Sequence record: PP712906.1
DNA from: Vibrio phage TCU-VP03-AIR1
Reading direction: 5' to 3' (one strand)
Length of the DNA: 24,000 nucleotides
The first letter of the stretch is position 1, and each line of letters opens with the position of its first letter. The notes below the pieces were generated by a model. The model was not told the origin of the DNA and did no database searches. It saw nothing but the letters and a program-made list of their open reading frames with translations. Position numbers and translations under genes: made by a program. Below, one piece after another: positions 1 to 8,526 of this stretch.

Positions 1-1
1 A

Positions 2-223
2 GCGAATAAAGTCGCTGAGTATCGTCGTCTCGGTCGCCATTTCTTGCGTGTTGGTGGCACTCGCTTTGAGATTGTTGAAGTCAAGAACAAAGTACCATCT
101 AGCACGATTGAAAATCTGATTCGTGAGGATAATCTCATTGAGTTTATGCGTAGTGTACCGATGCCATTAAACGAAGCCGAGAAGATCTTTGATCGTCAGC
201 TTGAACAACTACTGGGGGCGTAA
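2..223 (+). CDS. Hypothetical protein, C-terminal part (5' end outside window)
   Basis: Open frame from base 2 ending at TAA 221-223 (...MPLNEAEKIFDRQLEQLLGA*); overlaps next ATG (TAATG). Confidence 0.75.
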   Translation, partial: ANKVAEYRRLGRHFLRVGGTRFEIVEVKNKVPSSTIENLIREDNLIEFMRSVPMPLNEAEKIFDRQLEQLLGA

Positions 224-699
224 TGAGTTTAGCTAAACGCGGTGCAGATGGGTTTTATGCTCTTCGCTTATCTCGTTTGCTTCATCTTCGTTTTGATCGT
301 TGGGAAGCATATCGAATGGGGATCATCGACGCAGATGGTAAAAAACTGCGTGACCCTGTAACTGCTCAAGAAAAGAGTAACTGGACGTTGTTTCACGTAA
401 CTGTGCGCAATATCAAGCGAATGGTTGGCGCATTGCCGGGTGGTAAGACAGCACTTGATTACGGCGCGTCATATCTGTTGCTAATTGAACTTGCAAAAGA
501 GTACGGTTTATCTGATCAATTTGCAGATGAGTGTATTCGAGTAGAAGAATCCGTTGTTGCGGGTGATTCGGGTGGTGATGTAGGCGCTATTGCTTCTGGT
601 GAAACTACTGGTGCAGTTACAAGCGCAGGTCCCGAGACTATTGGTGACAAGAAGAAAAAGAAAAAGAAGAAGCTGAAAAAGTTCAGACACTTCGACTAA
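223..699 (+). CDS. Conserved hypothetical phage protein with acidic/Gly-rich linker and poly-Lys C-terminus
   Basis: 158 aa ORF, TAATG-coupled to upstream ORF, followed by terminator. C-terminus KKKKKKKKLKKFRHFD. Confidence 0.8.
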   Translation: MSLAKRGADGFYALRLSRLLHLRFDRWEAYRMGIIDADGKKLRDPVTAQEKSNWTLFHVTVRNIKRMVGALPGGKTALDYGASYLLLIELAKEYGLSDQFADECIRVEESVVAGDSGGDVGAIASGETTGAVTSAGPETIGDKKKKKKKKLKKFRHFD

Positions 700-706
700 T
701 TAAAAT

Positions 707-728
707 GCCTCGTTTTCGGGGCTTTTTT
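707..728 (+). terminator. Rho-independent terminator
   Basis: GCCTCG-TTTT-CGGGGC hairpin followed by TTTTTT. Confidence 0.85.
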
Positions 729-779
729 ATGTTTATCGTATCGTGATGCCGTGTAATAATAAGACACGGAGGTTATATT

Positions 780-1838
780 ATGCAGATTTTGATTGATATA
801 CAATATGCCAAAATGCTTCAGCATCGTTTGTTATTGCCAAAAGTGCATAGCAATCGACCATTCAAAATAAATGCTCGTTGCCCGATTTGCGGCGACTCAA
901 AAAAGAACAAGTACAAAACTCGTTTCTGGATTAATGAAGTCAAGACAAAAAGCGGTGAACTTCACTTGCGCTGCTCTTGTTGGAACTGTGACTACAACGA
1001 ATCGCTGTACACTTTTTTGAAAGATCACGAGCCCGCTCTATTTTCTCAATATCGAGTTGATCTTTTCAAAGAACGCAACTCACGCGAACGCAAAGAACGC
1101 GAGCCTGAACCAGTCGTTGAAAAGAAAGAAGCGACGGTTATCGAGAAAGAACAAGAAGAACAGCTTTTTTACAACATCACTGCACTGAAAGAAGGTCATG
1201 TGATGCACAAGTATCTTGAATCTCGTAAAATACCGAAAGATAAGTGGCATTTGCTTGGGTTTACTCGCGGTTGGACTACAATGGCGAAGACATTACGCCC
1301 CGACTTGTACGAAGGTGAGATCAAGAATGACCACCCGCGTCTTGTAATTCCTATTTACAACAAAGACGGTCTGGTTGCAGTTCAAGGTCGTGCGTTGACG
1401 AACAAACATGCTCAACGTTATATGACGATTAAAATCGACGATGATTTTGACAAAATCTATGGTACTGAGCGCATCAACGAAGATGATCCTGTAATTTTCG
1501 TTGAGGGCCCGATTGATAGTTTATTCCTATACAATTGCTGTGCTATAGTAGGTGGACAAGTCAGCCCAAACAACGCACCATATGCTGGTAATCGCATATG
1601 GGCGCTTGATAACGAGTGTAGGCACCCTGACGTTATAAAGCGTATGCAGACTCTGATTAGAGCGGGTGAACGTGTTGTTATTTGGGATAAGCTCCCACCG
1701 CAAATCATTGGTAAGAAAGACATCAATGATTTCATCAAAGCTGGCGTATCTGCTGAGTTCATTCAGCAATACATTTATGAAAATGCCGTTAGTGGTCTAA
1801 TGGCTACAAATCGACTTAACAGATGGAAGAAAATTTAA
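780..1838 (+). CDS. DNA primase-like protein (zinc finger plus TOPRIM-like region)
   Basis: 352 aa; N-terminal CPICGDSKKNKYKTRFW...CSCWNC zinc motif, later VIFVEGPIDSLF and WALDNE resembling TOPRIM motifs; GGAGG Shine-Dalgarno. Confidence 0.75.
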   Translation: MQILIDIQYAKMLQHRLLLPKVHSNRPFKINARCPICGDSKKNKYKTRFWINEVKTKSGELHLRCSCWNCDYNESLYTFLKDHEPALFSQYRVDLFKERNSRERKEREPEPVVEKKEATVIEKEQEEQLFYNITALKEGHVMHKYLESRKIPKDKWHLLGFTRGWTTMAKTLRPDLYEGEIKNDHPRLVIPIYNKDGLVAVQGRALTNKHAQRYMTIKIDDDFDKIYGTERINEDDPVIFVEGPIDSLFLYNCCAIVGGQVSPNNAPYAGNRIWALDNECRHPDVIKRMQTLIRAGERVVIWDKLPPQIIGKKDINDFIKAGVSAEFIQQYIYENAVSGLMATNRLNRWKKI

Positions 1839-2335
1839 TGAAGATTATTTACCTGCCGCACTACAAAGAAAACAAAGAACTTGGTCTGGACGCAATTGAG
1901 CCAATCGGTGTTAAAGACCCAGATGACGCGGGTATTGATCTGCGTGCTGCAATTGAAGAATCAATCGAGTTACAACCGGGTGATTCAGTCGTTATCCCGT
2001 CTGGTGTCAAGATTCACATTGGGTCGCACCCGCTTCACCAACAATACACTGATTTGGGTGTATACGGTGCAATTGCACCGCGCAGTGGTCTTGGGTTCAA
2101 GCACTTCTTGCGTCTAGCAAACACAATCGGGATTATCGACGCTAATTATCAAGGCGAAATCATGATCAAAATTCGCAACGAAGGCGACGACGTACTGCAT
2201 ATTGAGCGCGGTGATCGTATCTGTCAATTGATTTTCCACACTTACGTGAAGAACGTTCAGTTTGAAGAAGTTGATACTTTTGACGAAGAAACTGACCGTG
2301 GTGCTCGTGGGTTTGGTGGTAGCGGGGTGAAATAA
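1838..2335 (+). CDS. dut: Trimeric dUTPase (dUTP diphosphatase)
   Basis: Motifs DAGIDLRAA, APRSGLG, GIIDANYQGEI, RGDRICQLIF, RGARGFGGSG. Start likely ATG 1838, overlapping the upstream stop. Confidence 0.93.
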   Translation: MKIIYLPHYKENKELGLDAIEPIGVKDPDDAGIDLRAAIEESIELQPGDSVVIPSGVKIHIGSHPLHQQYTDLGVYGAIAPRSGLGFKHFLRLANTIGIIDANYQGEIMIKIRNEGDDVLHIERGDRICQLIFHTYVKNVQFEEVDTFDEETDRGARGFGGSGVK

Positions 2336-2571
2336 TGCATACACCTATTTCTAGAACTGGTGAGATTCTAGGGTCAATGCGTTCTGTGCTCATGGACGAG
2401 CGCATTGAAGCTGCTCTTCGCATGGATATTGCACGCGATCAAGAGCAAAAGGAAAAGATGTTGAATTCGAATCGAACGATGATTTCGGATATTGACAAGC
2501 AACAACGCAGAATCGAATCTAAGCTCGATTTACTACATACATTACTTGACGTGAAGAAGGAAATATCATGA
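2335..2571 (+). CDS. Hypothetical protein, coiled-coil-like
   Basis: 78 aa ORF, TAATG overlap with dut and ATGA overlap with the next ORF; charged/heptad-rich sequence. Confidence 0.75.
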   Translation: MHTPISRTGEILGSMRSVLMDERIEAALRMDIARDQEQKEKMLNSNRTMISDIDKQQRRIESKLDLLHTLLDVKKEIS

Positions 2572-3260
2572 GTGATAAACCCGTCTATGACATTCTAATC
2601 GACTATGAGGGATTCGACGTGACTCCCGACGCAGCGGTTATCGAACTAGGTGCAGTTGAATTCGAGCACGATTTTACTAAAGTTCCCGATTACCAAGAGC
2701 TTGTGAAGAACTCGTTTCGCTGTAAGTTTGAGATTAAATCTCAAAAAGGCAAACGCAGCATCAATAAAGCGACTGTGCAATGGTGGTCTGAGCAGTCTCA
2801 AGAAGCTAAAGAAATTCTAATCCCTAGCGCAGAAGACGTGACGGTTGAAGAAGGTCATAAGCTTTTTATCGAGTGGATTGAACAAAACACTCGTTACGAC
2901 GGTCGTTCGCATTTCTACTGCCGTGGCAACAACTACGATATTCCGCTCATGGCTGATTGTTTCCGTTACAGCGGTTTGCGTCATGCGATCATCGAGCGAT
3001 TCTGGAAATTCCGTGACGTTCGTACTCGTATTGAAGCATTGATGCTGCAACGCGACATGTGTAAAGTGCCGATTCGACGTGATGCAATGCCAGGGTTTAT
3101 TCACCACAACGGCGTTCACGACTGTGCTAAAGATGCAATGATGCTTATCATGGCAGCGCGTTACGCACTTGACTTAGAAGATCTGCCCGAAAAAATGGAA
3201 TGCCATGAAGTATCGGTTGACTTCACTGACGAAGAGAAAGAGGAACTTGGGCTACTATGA
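2568..3260 (+). CDS. dexA: DexA-like 3'-5' exonuclease (DEDD family)
   Basis: 230 aa; IDYEGF, FEIKSQKGKRSINKATVQWWSEQSQEAKE, YCRGNNYDIPLMAD, RDVRTRIEALMLQRDM, HNGVHDCAKDAMM strongly resemble T4 DexA. Confidence 0.9.
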   Translation: MSDKPVYDILIDYEGFDVTPDAAVIELGAVEFEHDFTKVPDYQELVKNSFRCKFEIKSQKGKRSINKATVQWWSEQSQEAKEILIPSAEDVTVEEGHKLFIEWIEQNTRYDGRSHFYCRGNNYDIPLMADCFRYSGLRHAIIERFWKFRDVRTRIEALMLQRDMCKVPIRRDAMPGFIHHNGVHDCAKDAMMLIMAARYALDLEDLPEKMECHEVSVDFTDEEKEELGLL

Positions 3261-3418
3261 TGATTGCTGTACATCTACTATCACAAGCCAAGCCAGTTGT
3301 TCATGAGCACGTAAAGAACGCTTACACCAAAGACGGTCTTTACTGCTTGATGATGAAAGACGGTATGGTTTACAAATACCCACTGATCAATATTTTCCGA
3401 ATCACAGAAAATATGTAA
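3257..3418 (+). CDS. Small hypothetical protein (53 aa)
   Basis: Not in supplied track. ATG 3257 (ATGA overlap with dexA) to TAA 3416-3418: MMIAVHLLSQAKPVVHEHVKNAYTKDGLYCLMMKDGMVYKYPLINIFRITENM. Confidence 0.6.
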   Translation: MMIAVHLLSQAKPVVHEHVKNAYTKDGLYCLMMKDGMVYKYPLINIFRITENM

Positions 3419-3425
3419 AAAGTGG

Positions 3426-3465
3426 TTGCGTTGTCGGTGTGACTTGTGTAATATACTCACATCGA
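3426..3465 (+). promoter_or_regulatory. Putative promoter P1
   Basis: TTGCGT (3426-3431), 17 nt, TAATAT (3449-3454), 5 nt, CATCGA; same arrangement at 8122, 21328 and 21936. Confidence 0.6.
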
Positions 3466-3486
3466 CAACGAAAAGAGAATATTATT

Positions 3487-3624
3487 ATGACAACGAATCG
3501 CCTAGATTGGACAATTGAAAAGAAAGCTCAGTTCATCGCGACATACAAAGACGGGACTGTTTTAGTTGCGCGAACTCGCGAAGCTCTTAATTCTCAAATC
3601 AATGAGTTTGAAAAGACGCTATGA
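3487..3624 (+). CDS. Small hypothetical protein (45 aa)
   Basis: ATG 3487 preceded by AAAAGAGAA leader typical of these genes; the upstream GTG at 3439 would lie inside the promoter. Confidence 0.65.
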   Translation: MTTNRLDWTIEKKAQFIATYKDGTVLVARTREALNSQINEFEKTL

Positions 3625-4019
3625 ATTTCCAAACTTTCATGTACAAATGGAAAAGATTTTCATTTGATTTCAACAATTACGCAGTTGAGAAGCAACGCGG
3701 GTTAGTCGGGGTTGTTGACTTTGTGATGAAGAAACACTTCACGCATCGAGTATATGATCGATTCTGTGCTGCTGAATTCTCGATTCTACGTAGAATGTTG
3801 TATCATACTGTTAACAAACACTTAGGTGAAGTTCTGTTTTGGTACTACAGCACTGATAAGCGTGTACTTGCTATCAAGCGTGAAGATATTTTCATCATCA
3901 TGCAACGTGGTATCACGGGTTGTATTTTGATCACTACGGTATATCGTAATGAACATAAGCAAAACTCTGATAAGTTCTTTTTGATTGACATAAGCAGAAA
4001 GCAAAATGAAGCAGATTAG
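3621..4019 (+). CDS. Hypothetical protein
   Basis: 132 aa ORF, ATGA overlap with upstream gene. Confidence 0.75.
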   Translation: MNFQTFMYKWKRFSFDFNNYAVEKQRGLVGVVDFVMKKHFTHRVYDRFCAAEFSILRRMLYHTVNKHLGEVLFWYYSTDKRVLAIKREDIFIIMQRGITGCILITTVYRNEHKQNSDKFFLIDISRKQNEAD

Positions 4020-4251
4020 ACTTGGTGACTTCATTGAAGTCACTGAAAGACTTGACCAAGAGAGCTTTTTTGGTCAGTTAATTGATATTGCACCGTGTCT
4101 ATGGGCACGTGGTGATTTTCTACGACTTGTCGATGACGCAGGTAATGAAGTTCAAGTGAACACTGTGAACATCGACATGATTAATGGCACTGTTGTGAGC
4201 GAAATCATTCGCAACGCTCATGGCTTTATGTATTGTGAGGAAAAGATTTGA
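4006..4251 (+). CDS. Hypothetical protein
   Basis: 81 aa ORF in collinear operon, overlaps neighbours slightly. Confidence 0.7.
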   Translation: MKQIRLGDFIEVTERLDQESFFGQLIDIAPCLWARGDFLRLVDDAGNEVQVNTVNIDMINGTVVSEIIRNAHGFMYCEEKI

Positions 4252-4691
4252 AAGGTTACGTATTTGTAAATCGCTACTGTAAAGGTATTCAGGCTGGCAT
4301 TCAAGGCGCTCATGCGTTGCTACGTCTTGCGCGTAAAGCAGAAAATCCGGTTTTCAACAAATGGCTAAATGACCACGAGACGATTTGTGTTCTGTCTGCG
4401 TCTGGTCACGACCATCTTGAAGAAATCGAAAAGACCATTCGTGAAATGAATGTTGTAGAAGACATCACGTTTTTTCAAGAAGAAGGTTTACATCACTCTC
4501 TAACGGGTGTAGCATTCATTGGTGACGACACGCTAATGAAAGTTCAAGCCGAAATGAAAGAATGGCGCGAACTTCGTAAAATTGGCGAAGGTCCGAAGCG
4601 TCGAGACTTCGACTCAGATATGTTCTACAAGTACGGTCGAACATATGAACTTGCAAAATACTTAGAGGGGTTTCATTCTCATCATGGATAA
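4248..4691 (+). CDS. Hypothetical protein with possible PTH2 (peptidyl-tRNA hydrolase 2)-like fold
   Basis: 147 aa; GIQAGIQGAHALLRL resembles the PTH2 GKxAAQxAHA helix; ATGA-coupled. Weak family call. Confidence 0.4.
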   Translation: MKGYVFVNRYCKGIQAGIQGAHALLRLARKAENPVFNKWLNDHETICVLSASGHDHLEEIEKTIREMNVVEDITFFQEEGLHHSLTGVAFIGDDTLMKVQAEMKEWRELRKIGEGPKRRDFDSDMFYKYGRTYELAKYLEGFHSHHG

Positions 4692-4914
4692 CTTAAATCT
4701 TAAATTGACTACTGCTTCTCGTTTTGAAGAATTGATGACGCGCCCTGGCGTCATCGTCAAGAACAGCTCTTCGGGTCCTGAATACATCACGACTGTTTAC
4801 GATAAAGGTGAGTTAATTGCCGAACGTGTCCTGTACGTATCGCAAGCAGAGCATTTCGAGCTACAACTTCCTGAAGCAGTAAAGGCAGTTCGAAAGCCTA
4901 GTAAACTGCCGTAA
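4684..4914 (+). CDS. Hypothetical protein
   Basis: 76 aa ORF, overlaps upstream stop. Confidence 0.7.
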   Translation: MDNLNLKLTTASRFEELMTRPGVIVKNSSSGPEYITTVYDKGELIAERVLYVSQAEHFELQLPEAVKAVRKPSKLP

Positions 4915-4950
4915 AAACTGTTTAACAACTAACTTTGTGAGTGTAATATT

Positions 4951-5151
4951 ATGAAATCTAAAGGTTTTACTCTGATCGAATTGATAGTCGTGATTGTGAT
5001 TTTAGGTGTTTTGGCGTCAATCGGCGCAGGTGCATTGGGTTTAGGTCAAACTGCATCGTACACGACTCAACCGCAATCAGTGACATATGAAATTGATGGT
5101 CAGTTGATGCAATGTACTCCTGTGCAATCTGCATGGGACGATGATTTTTAA
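4951..5151 (+). CDS. Type IV prepilin/pseudopilin-like small protein
   Basis: 66 aa: MKSKG|FTLIELIVVIVILGVLASIGAGALG..., a prepilin peptidase site with F+1 and E+5, then a hydrophobic helix and a short tail with one Cys. Confidence 0.8.
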   Translation: MKSKGFTLIELIVVIVILGVLASIGAGALGLGQTASYTTQPQSVTYEIDGQLMQCTPVQSAWDDDF

Positions 5152-5160
5152 AGGTAATTG

Positions 5161-6060
5161 ATGAAAAACTACTTGCAACTATGTACTGAAATTCTCAACG
5201 AAGGTGATTTTCTTGAGAATCGAACAGGCACAAACACTGTTAGCGTGATTTCGCGTGAGCTTCGCTGGGATTTATCGAAAGGTTTCCCGTTACTGACGAC
5301 TAAGAAAATGGCAACTAAAGCCATCTTCGGTGAACTTCTATGGTTCTTGAGTGGTTCGGGACTGATCAGCGACTTGCGCAAATACACTGAGCTTTCAGAC
5401 GAAGATTTCTGCATTTGGCAGCAAAATCTCGACGAGCTAAACGAGCGTGCAAAGAAAGCAGGTATTGTTCGAAATGAAGACGATCTCGGTTATGTTTACG
5501 GTAAAGTATGGCGTAAGCGTCTATCTGTGACTGCTGACAAAGAAGTGACTGAGTTCGATCAGATTCATCAATTGCTGTGCGATATTGCAGCGGTTAAAGA
5601 AGACCCGACGCAAAGTGCGCAGCGTCGCATGATAGTTGAAGCATGGGACCCGTACTTCCACACTGAAAGCAACTCGGTTGACGTAGCTCTACCGCCGTGT
5701 CACTATGGCTTTCAAGTGTTCGTGCGTAATGGTAAGATCAGTCTGAAGTGGAATCAGCGTTCAGTTGACACATTCTTGGGTCTGCCGTTCAATATCGCAT
5801 CGTATGCACTATTGGTTCACATTCTAGCACAGCTAACTGGCTTGAAAGTAGGTGAACTGATTTTCTCTGGTGGTGATGTTCACATTTATGAAGATCACAT
5901 TGTGCAGGTACTGAAACAATTGCGACGTACTCCGCGTGAGTTACCGCAAATTCAACTACCTGAATTTGATACGTTGTCACAATTGTTGACTAAACGTGCA
6001 AGCGACTTTGTTGTGTACGACTATGATCCGTACCCAGCACTAAAAGGTAAAATGTCATGA
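5161..6060 (+). CDS. thyA: Thymidylate synthase
   Basis: NRTGTNT, FPLLTTKK, AIFGELLWFLSG, LPPCHYGFQ, QRSVDTFLGLPFNIASYALL, GDVHIYEDH. ATG at 5161 (TTG at 5158 also possible). Confidence 0.96.
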   Translation: MKNYLQLCTEILNEGDFLENRTGTNTVSVISRELRWDLSKGFPLLTTKKMATKAIFGELLWFLSGSGLISDLRKYTELSDEDFCIWQQNLDELNERAKKAGIVRNEDDLGYVYGKVWRKRLSVTADKEVTEFDQIHQLLCDIAAVKEDPTQSAQRRMIVEAWDPYFHTESNSVDVALPPCHYGFQVFVRNGKISLKWNQRSVDTFLGLPFNIASYALLVHILAQLTGLKVGELIFSGGDVHIYEDHIVQVLKQLRRTPRELPQIQLPEFDTLSQLLTKRASDFVVYDYDPYPALKGKMS

Positions 6061-6251
6061 TCAGCAAAACCGATTATTTTGAACTGAAAACAGGTACGCC
6101 AATCATCGTGATTGAGCGTATTGACACAATCGACGGTGAGCTTCTAAAGCTCCCGTTCAGTAAAGTTGTTGCCGCAGATGATCCGAATATCAGCGAATCG
6201 TTAGCTGACGGTAAAATTCACTATCTTTTTGACTTCGAAATAGGTGAGTAA
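6057..6251 (+). CDS. Hypothetical protein
   Basis: 64 aa ORF, ATGA-coupled to thyA. Confidence 0.65.
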   Translation: MISKTDYFELKTGTPIIVIERIDTIDGELLKLPFSKVVAADDPNISESLADGKIHYLFDFEIGE

Positions 6252-6253
6252 TC

Positions 6254-6460
6254 ATGAACGTTGGTGAGTTCGTAGAAGGGTTGTTGACATTAATGATATA
6301 TGGTATCATTGCAGTTTGTCTTATTCTCGTACTGTCAGTTGGCGGGCTTATCTTCGGAACGTGGCTCATCATTTCGGGTCATACAATCGCTGGGTGGGTT
6401 GTTTCTGTTGTCTCAGCGATTATTTTTGCTTTCATATGCGCATTAATGAGGAATTTGTAA
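6254..6460 (+). CDS. Small membrane protein
   Basis: 68 aa with two hydrophobic segments. Confidence 0.65.
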   Translation: MNVGEFVEGLLTLMIYGIIAVCLILVLSVGGLIFGTWLIISGHTIAGWVVSVVSAIIFAFICALMRNL

Positions 6461-6750
6461 TGTCTTTACACATTTACGTAGAAGTTGACACCAACGACGG
6501 TGATTATGTCGGCGGTCTAACCGCAGCATCAAGTGAAGAAATCGAAAGATTTGAAACACTTGTTCATCTTTCGGGTGATAGTCTAGCGAGTTGGACAGAA
6601 GGCGAATGCCAAGACCGCCCGAATTCAGAAGTATACCCGCAGTTTAGCGAAAATGACATCGAGTTCATTTCCGATAAAATGCCCCACTGTGAATACGGCT
6701 TTCACACCGTTGAACAAATTAAAATTGTTGATGTGTTGAATACGCTATGA
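6460..6750 (+). CDS. Hypothetical protein
   Basis: 96 aa from ATG 6460 (TAATG overlap); the track ORF from 6316 overlaps the upstream gene too far. Confidence 0.65.
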   Translation: MSLHIYVEVDTNDGDYVGGLTAASSEEIERFETLVHLSGDSLASWTEGECQDRPNSEVYPQFSENDIEFISDKMPHCEYGFHTVEQIKIVDVLNTL

Positions 6751-7067
6751 TCAATGAAATTCTAGCTTCAAGCAAGCGAATCGACAACGGTCGAACTGTT
6801 AAAGACGTTCATATGAGCGTTGTTGAAGAAGTAGGCGAACTAGCAACTGAAGTTCGCGTCAAGTACGGCACGTCGTACAAAAACGCTGACGTTGACGGCA
6901 TTCTGGGTGAAGCAGTAGACGGGATTTTGTGTCTCGTTGATCTGATTTACGTTGATAACCCGAACATCACTGAAGCTGAAATCATGAACGTTGTTCGTAA
7001 CAAGCTCGCCAAATGGGAGCGCAAAGAAAACGAACACAAAACAAAATCTGAACAAATGGTGAAATAA
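6747..7067 (+). CDS. MazG-like nucleotide pyrophosphohydrolase
   Basis: 106 aa; VVEEVGELATEV ... GEAVDGILCLVDLIYV matches the MazG-fold ExxE...ExxD pattern. Confidence 0.72.
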   Translation: MINEILASSKRIDNGRTVKDVHMSVVEEVGELATEVRVKYGTSYKNADVDGILGEAVDGILCLVDLIYVDNPNITEAEIMNVVRNKLAKWERKENEHKTKSEQMVK

Positions 7068-7364
7068 ATGACAAATCGTTATACATTCGAAGAAATTCTT
7101 GGTGAAGACTACGAAAACAAAGACTATCTTGACTTTCTGCTATATGGCGATGGTGACTTCTCGGGCGTAAACTTCATTGAACAAGATGGTGGTGGCGAAG
7201 GTGGTTCTGAATACTGCTACACGATTCTTGAAAAAGACGGTCGTTACTTCAAGACTGAATACAGTTACTACAGTTACCACGGTTACGACAACTACGGTGA
7301 TTCGTTCGTTGAAGTTTACCCAAAGCAAGTTACGGTCACCCAATACGTGAGCACTCCTCAGTAA
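7068..7364 (+). CDS. Hypothetical protein (Gly/Tyr-rich)
   Basis: 98 aa ORF, directly abutting upstream and overlapping downstream genes. Confidence 0.7.
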   Translation: MTNRYTFEEILGEDYENKDYLDFLLYGDGDFSGVNFIEQDGGGEGGSEYCYTILEKDGRYFKTEYSYYSYHGYDNYGDSFVEVYPKQVTVTQYVSTPQ

Positions 7365-8125
7365 TGCGTATTGTTGTCGGGTCAACTGCGTTGCATCATA
7401 ATGGTATTCGACTGCGTAAGACCATTAAAGATCTAGATGTATTCGTAGACTCGCCCGACTCGGCTAACGACGGGGATGATTTTATTGTCATGCCCGTCGA
7501 GATATTGCAGATGTTCGATGGTGATATAGCAACTGCTGACGAAATATACACGATTAAGTGCAGTCATCTTGGTTGGGATGAGCATAAAGTCGGATATAGT
7601 CAGTTTGGTGGTTCGACATTGTGGGACAAGCATAAGCGTGATGTTATGGCGCTGTCGCGATTCTGCAAAATCAAGCCTGAGCTATACGCAGCGTTGACGA
7701 ATCATTGGCGAAGAACGCTTGGCAATAAAGAGTATCTGTGCTTGAACAAAGACGCAGACGACTTCTTTAATGACAAAGTGAGATACGTATATGACCATGA
7801 TGAGCTCCATCGAATGGTTGCAGCACCAAATCGCCCGTTGTATGAGAAAATTCTCAAAGACGACTGTGATGTTTTAGTCAGTAAAGAGAAGTTCGAACAA
7901 TTGTCATTCGAAGACAAGATCAATTTGTTCCACGAGGAAATTTCGGTGATTGCTATTGAACGATATATTGTTCACGGTATGATGCCGCTGAATGCGTGGA
8001 ATCATGCGTTGAAGAAGACAATTACACGGCTGACCAAGAATTGGGCATGTGATTTCATTTGTGCAAACATGAGTCATTACATGAAGCCGAAATATAATTT
8101 GAATATTCTTGAAGAAAAGGGTTGA
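7364..8125 (+). CDS. Putative nucleotidyltransferase-fold protein
   Basis: 253 aa; GSTALHHNGI...IKDLDVFVD resembles the GS...DxD nucleotidyltransferase motif. Confidence 0.5.
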   Translation: MRIVVGSTALHHNGIRLRKTIKDLDVFVDSPDSANDGDDFIVMPVEILQMFDGDIATADEIYTIKCSHLGWDEHKVGYSQFGGSTLWDKHKRDVMALSRFCKIKPELYAALTNHWRRTLGNKEYLCLNKDADDFFNDKVRYVYDHDELHRMVAAPNRPLYEKILKDDCDVLVSKEKFEQLSFEDKINLFHEEISVIAIERYIVHGMMPLNAWNHALKKTITRLTKNWACDFICANMSHYMKPKYNLNILEEKG

Positions 8126-8138
8126 CTGCGGTCAGCCC
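8119..8138 (+). terminator. Possible weak terminator hairpin, also overlapping a promoter -35
   Basis: GGGTTGAC-TGCG-GTCAGCCC, 8 bp with one G.T wobble, followed by only three T. Confidence 0.4.
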
Positions 8139-8163
8139 TTTCGCGTATTATAGCTTCATCAAC
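8122..8163 (+). promoter_or_regulatory. Putative promoter P2
   Basis: TTGACT (8122-8127), 18 nt, TATTAT (8146-8151), 6 nt, CATCAA. Confidence 0.65.
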
Positions 8164-8194
8164 ACGACGTTGACCAAAACAAAGAGAGAACATT

Positions 8195-8524
8195 ATGACT
8201 GACCTAACTAAATTCGACATCAAATTTGCTGAAATCAAAGTCGTTTATTCTATGCGTGCAGAACACCAAAAAGTAGCAATGCGCCTTGAAGACGGTACAA
8301 TCATGCTGCATGAAGTGCTTTTCATGGATGCGAAAGGTTCATATTGTGAAAGTCGCAAACTGTGGAGCACTACAGTTGAAAAGGCATGTGCATGGCCAGG
8401 TTATGAGTCAGCGCAGCTTATTGACAAAATCAAAGCAGCGGGTAAAGTGTCACTTAAACACTGGCGCGCAGCATCAAACGGCGACTACGAAATCTTTCGC
8501 CTTATCGAATCATTTGAGGGTTAA
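8195..8524 (+). CDS. Hypothetical protein
   Basis: 109 aa ORF with AAAGAGAGAACATT-ATG initiation region. Confidence 0.75.
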   Translation: MTDLTKFDIKFAEIKVVYSMRAEHQKVAMRLEDGTIMLHEVLFMDAKGSYCESRKLWSTTVEKACAWPGYESAQLIDKIKAAGKVSLKHWRAASNGDYEIFRLIESFEG

Positions 8525-8526
8525 TC

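Noticed and set aside
1881-2117. 78-aa plus-strand ORF inside dut
   Set aside because: Internal to a clear dUTPase reading frame; low-complexity composition typical of shadow ORFs.
4921-4949. TTTAAC-N17-TAATAT as a dedicated promoter for the pilin-like gene
   Set aside because: Resembles the -35/-10 at 22944-22972, but the expected start point would fall past the ATG at 4951. It would need a nearly leaderless or different start, so not listed as a feature.
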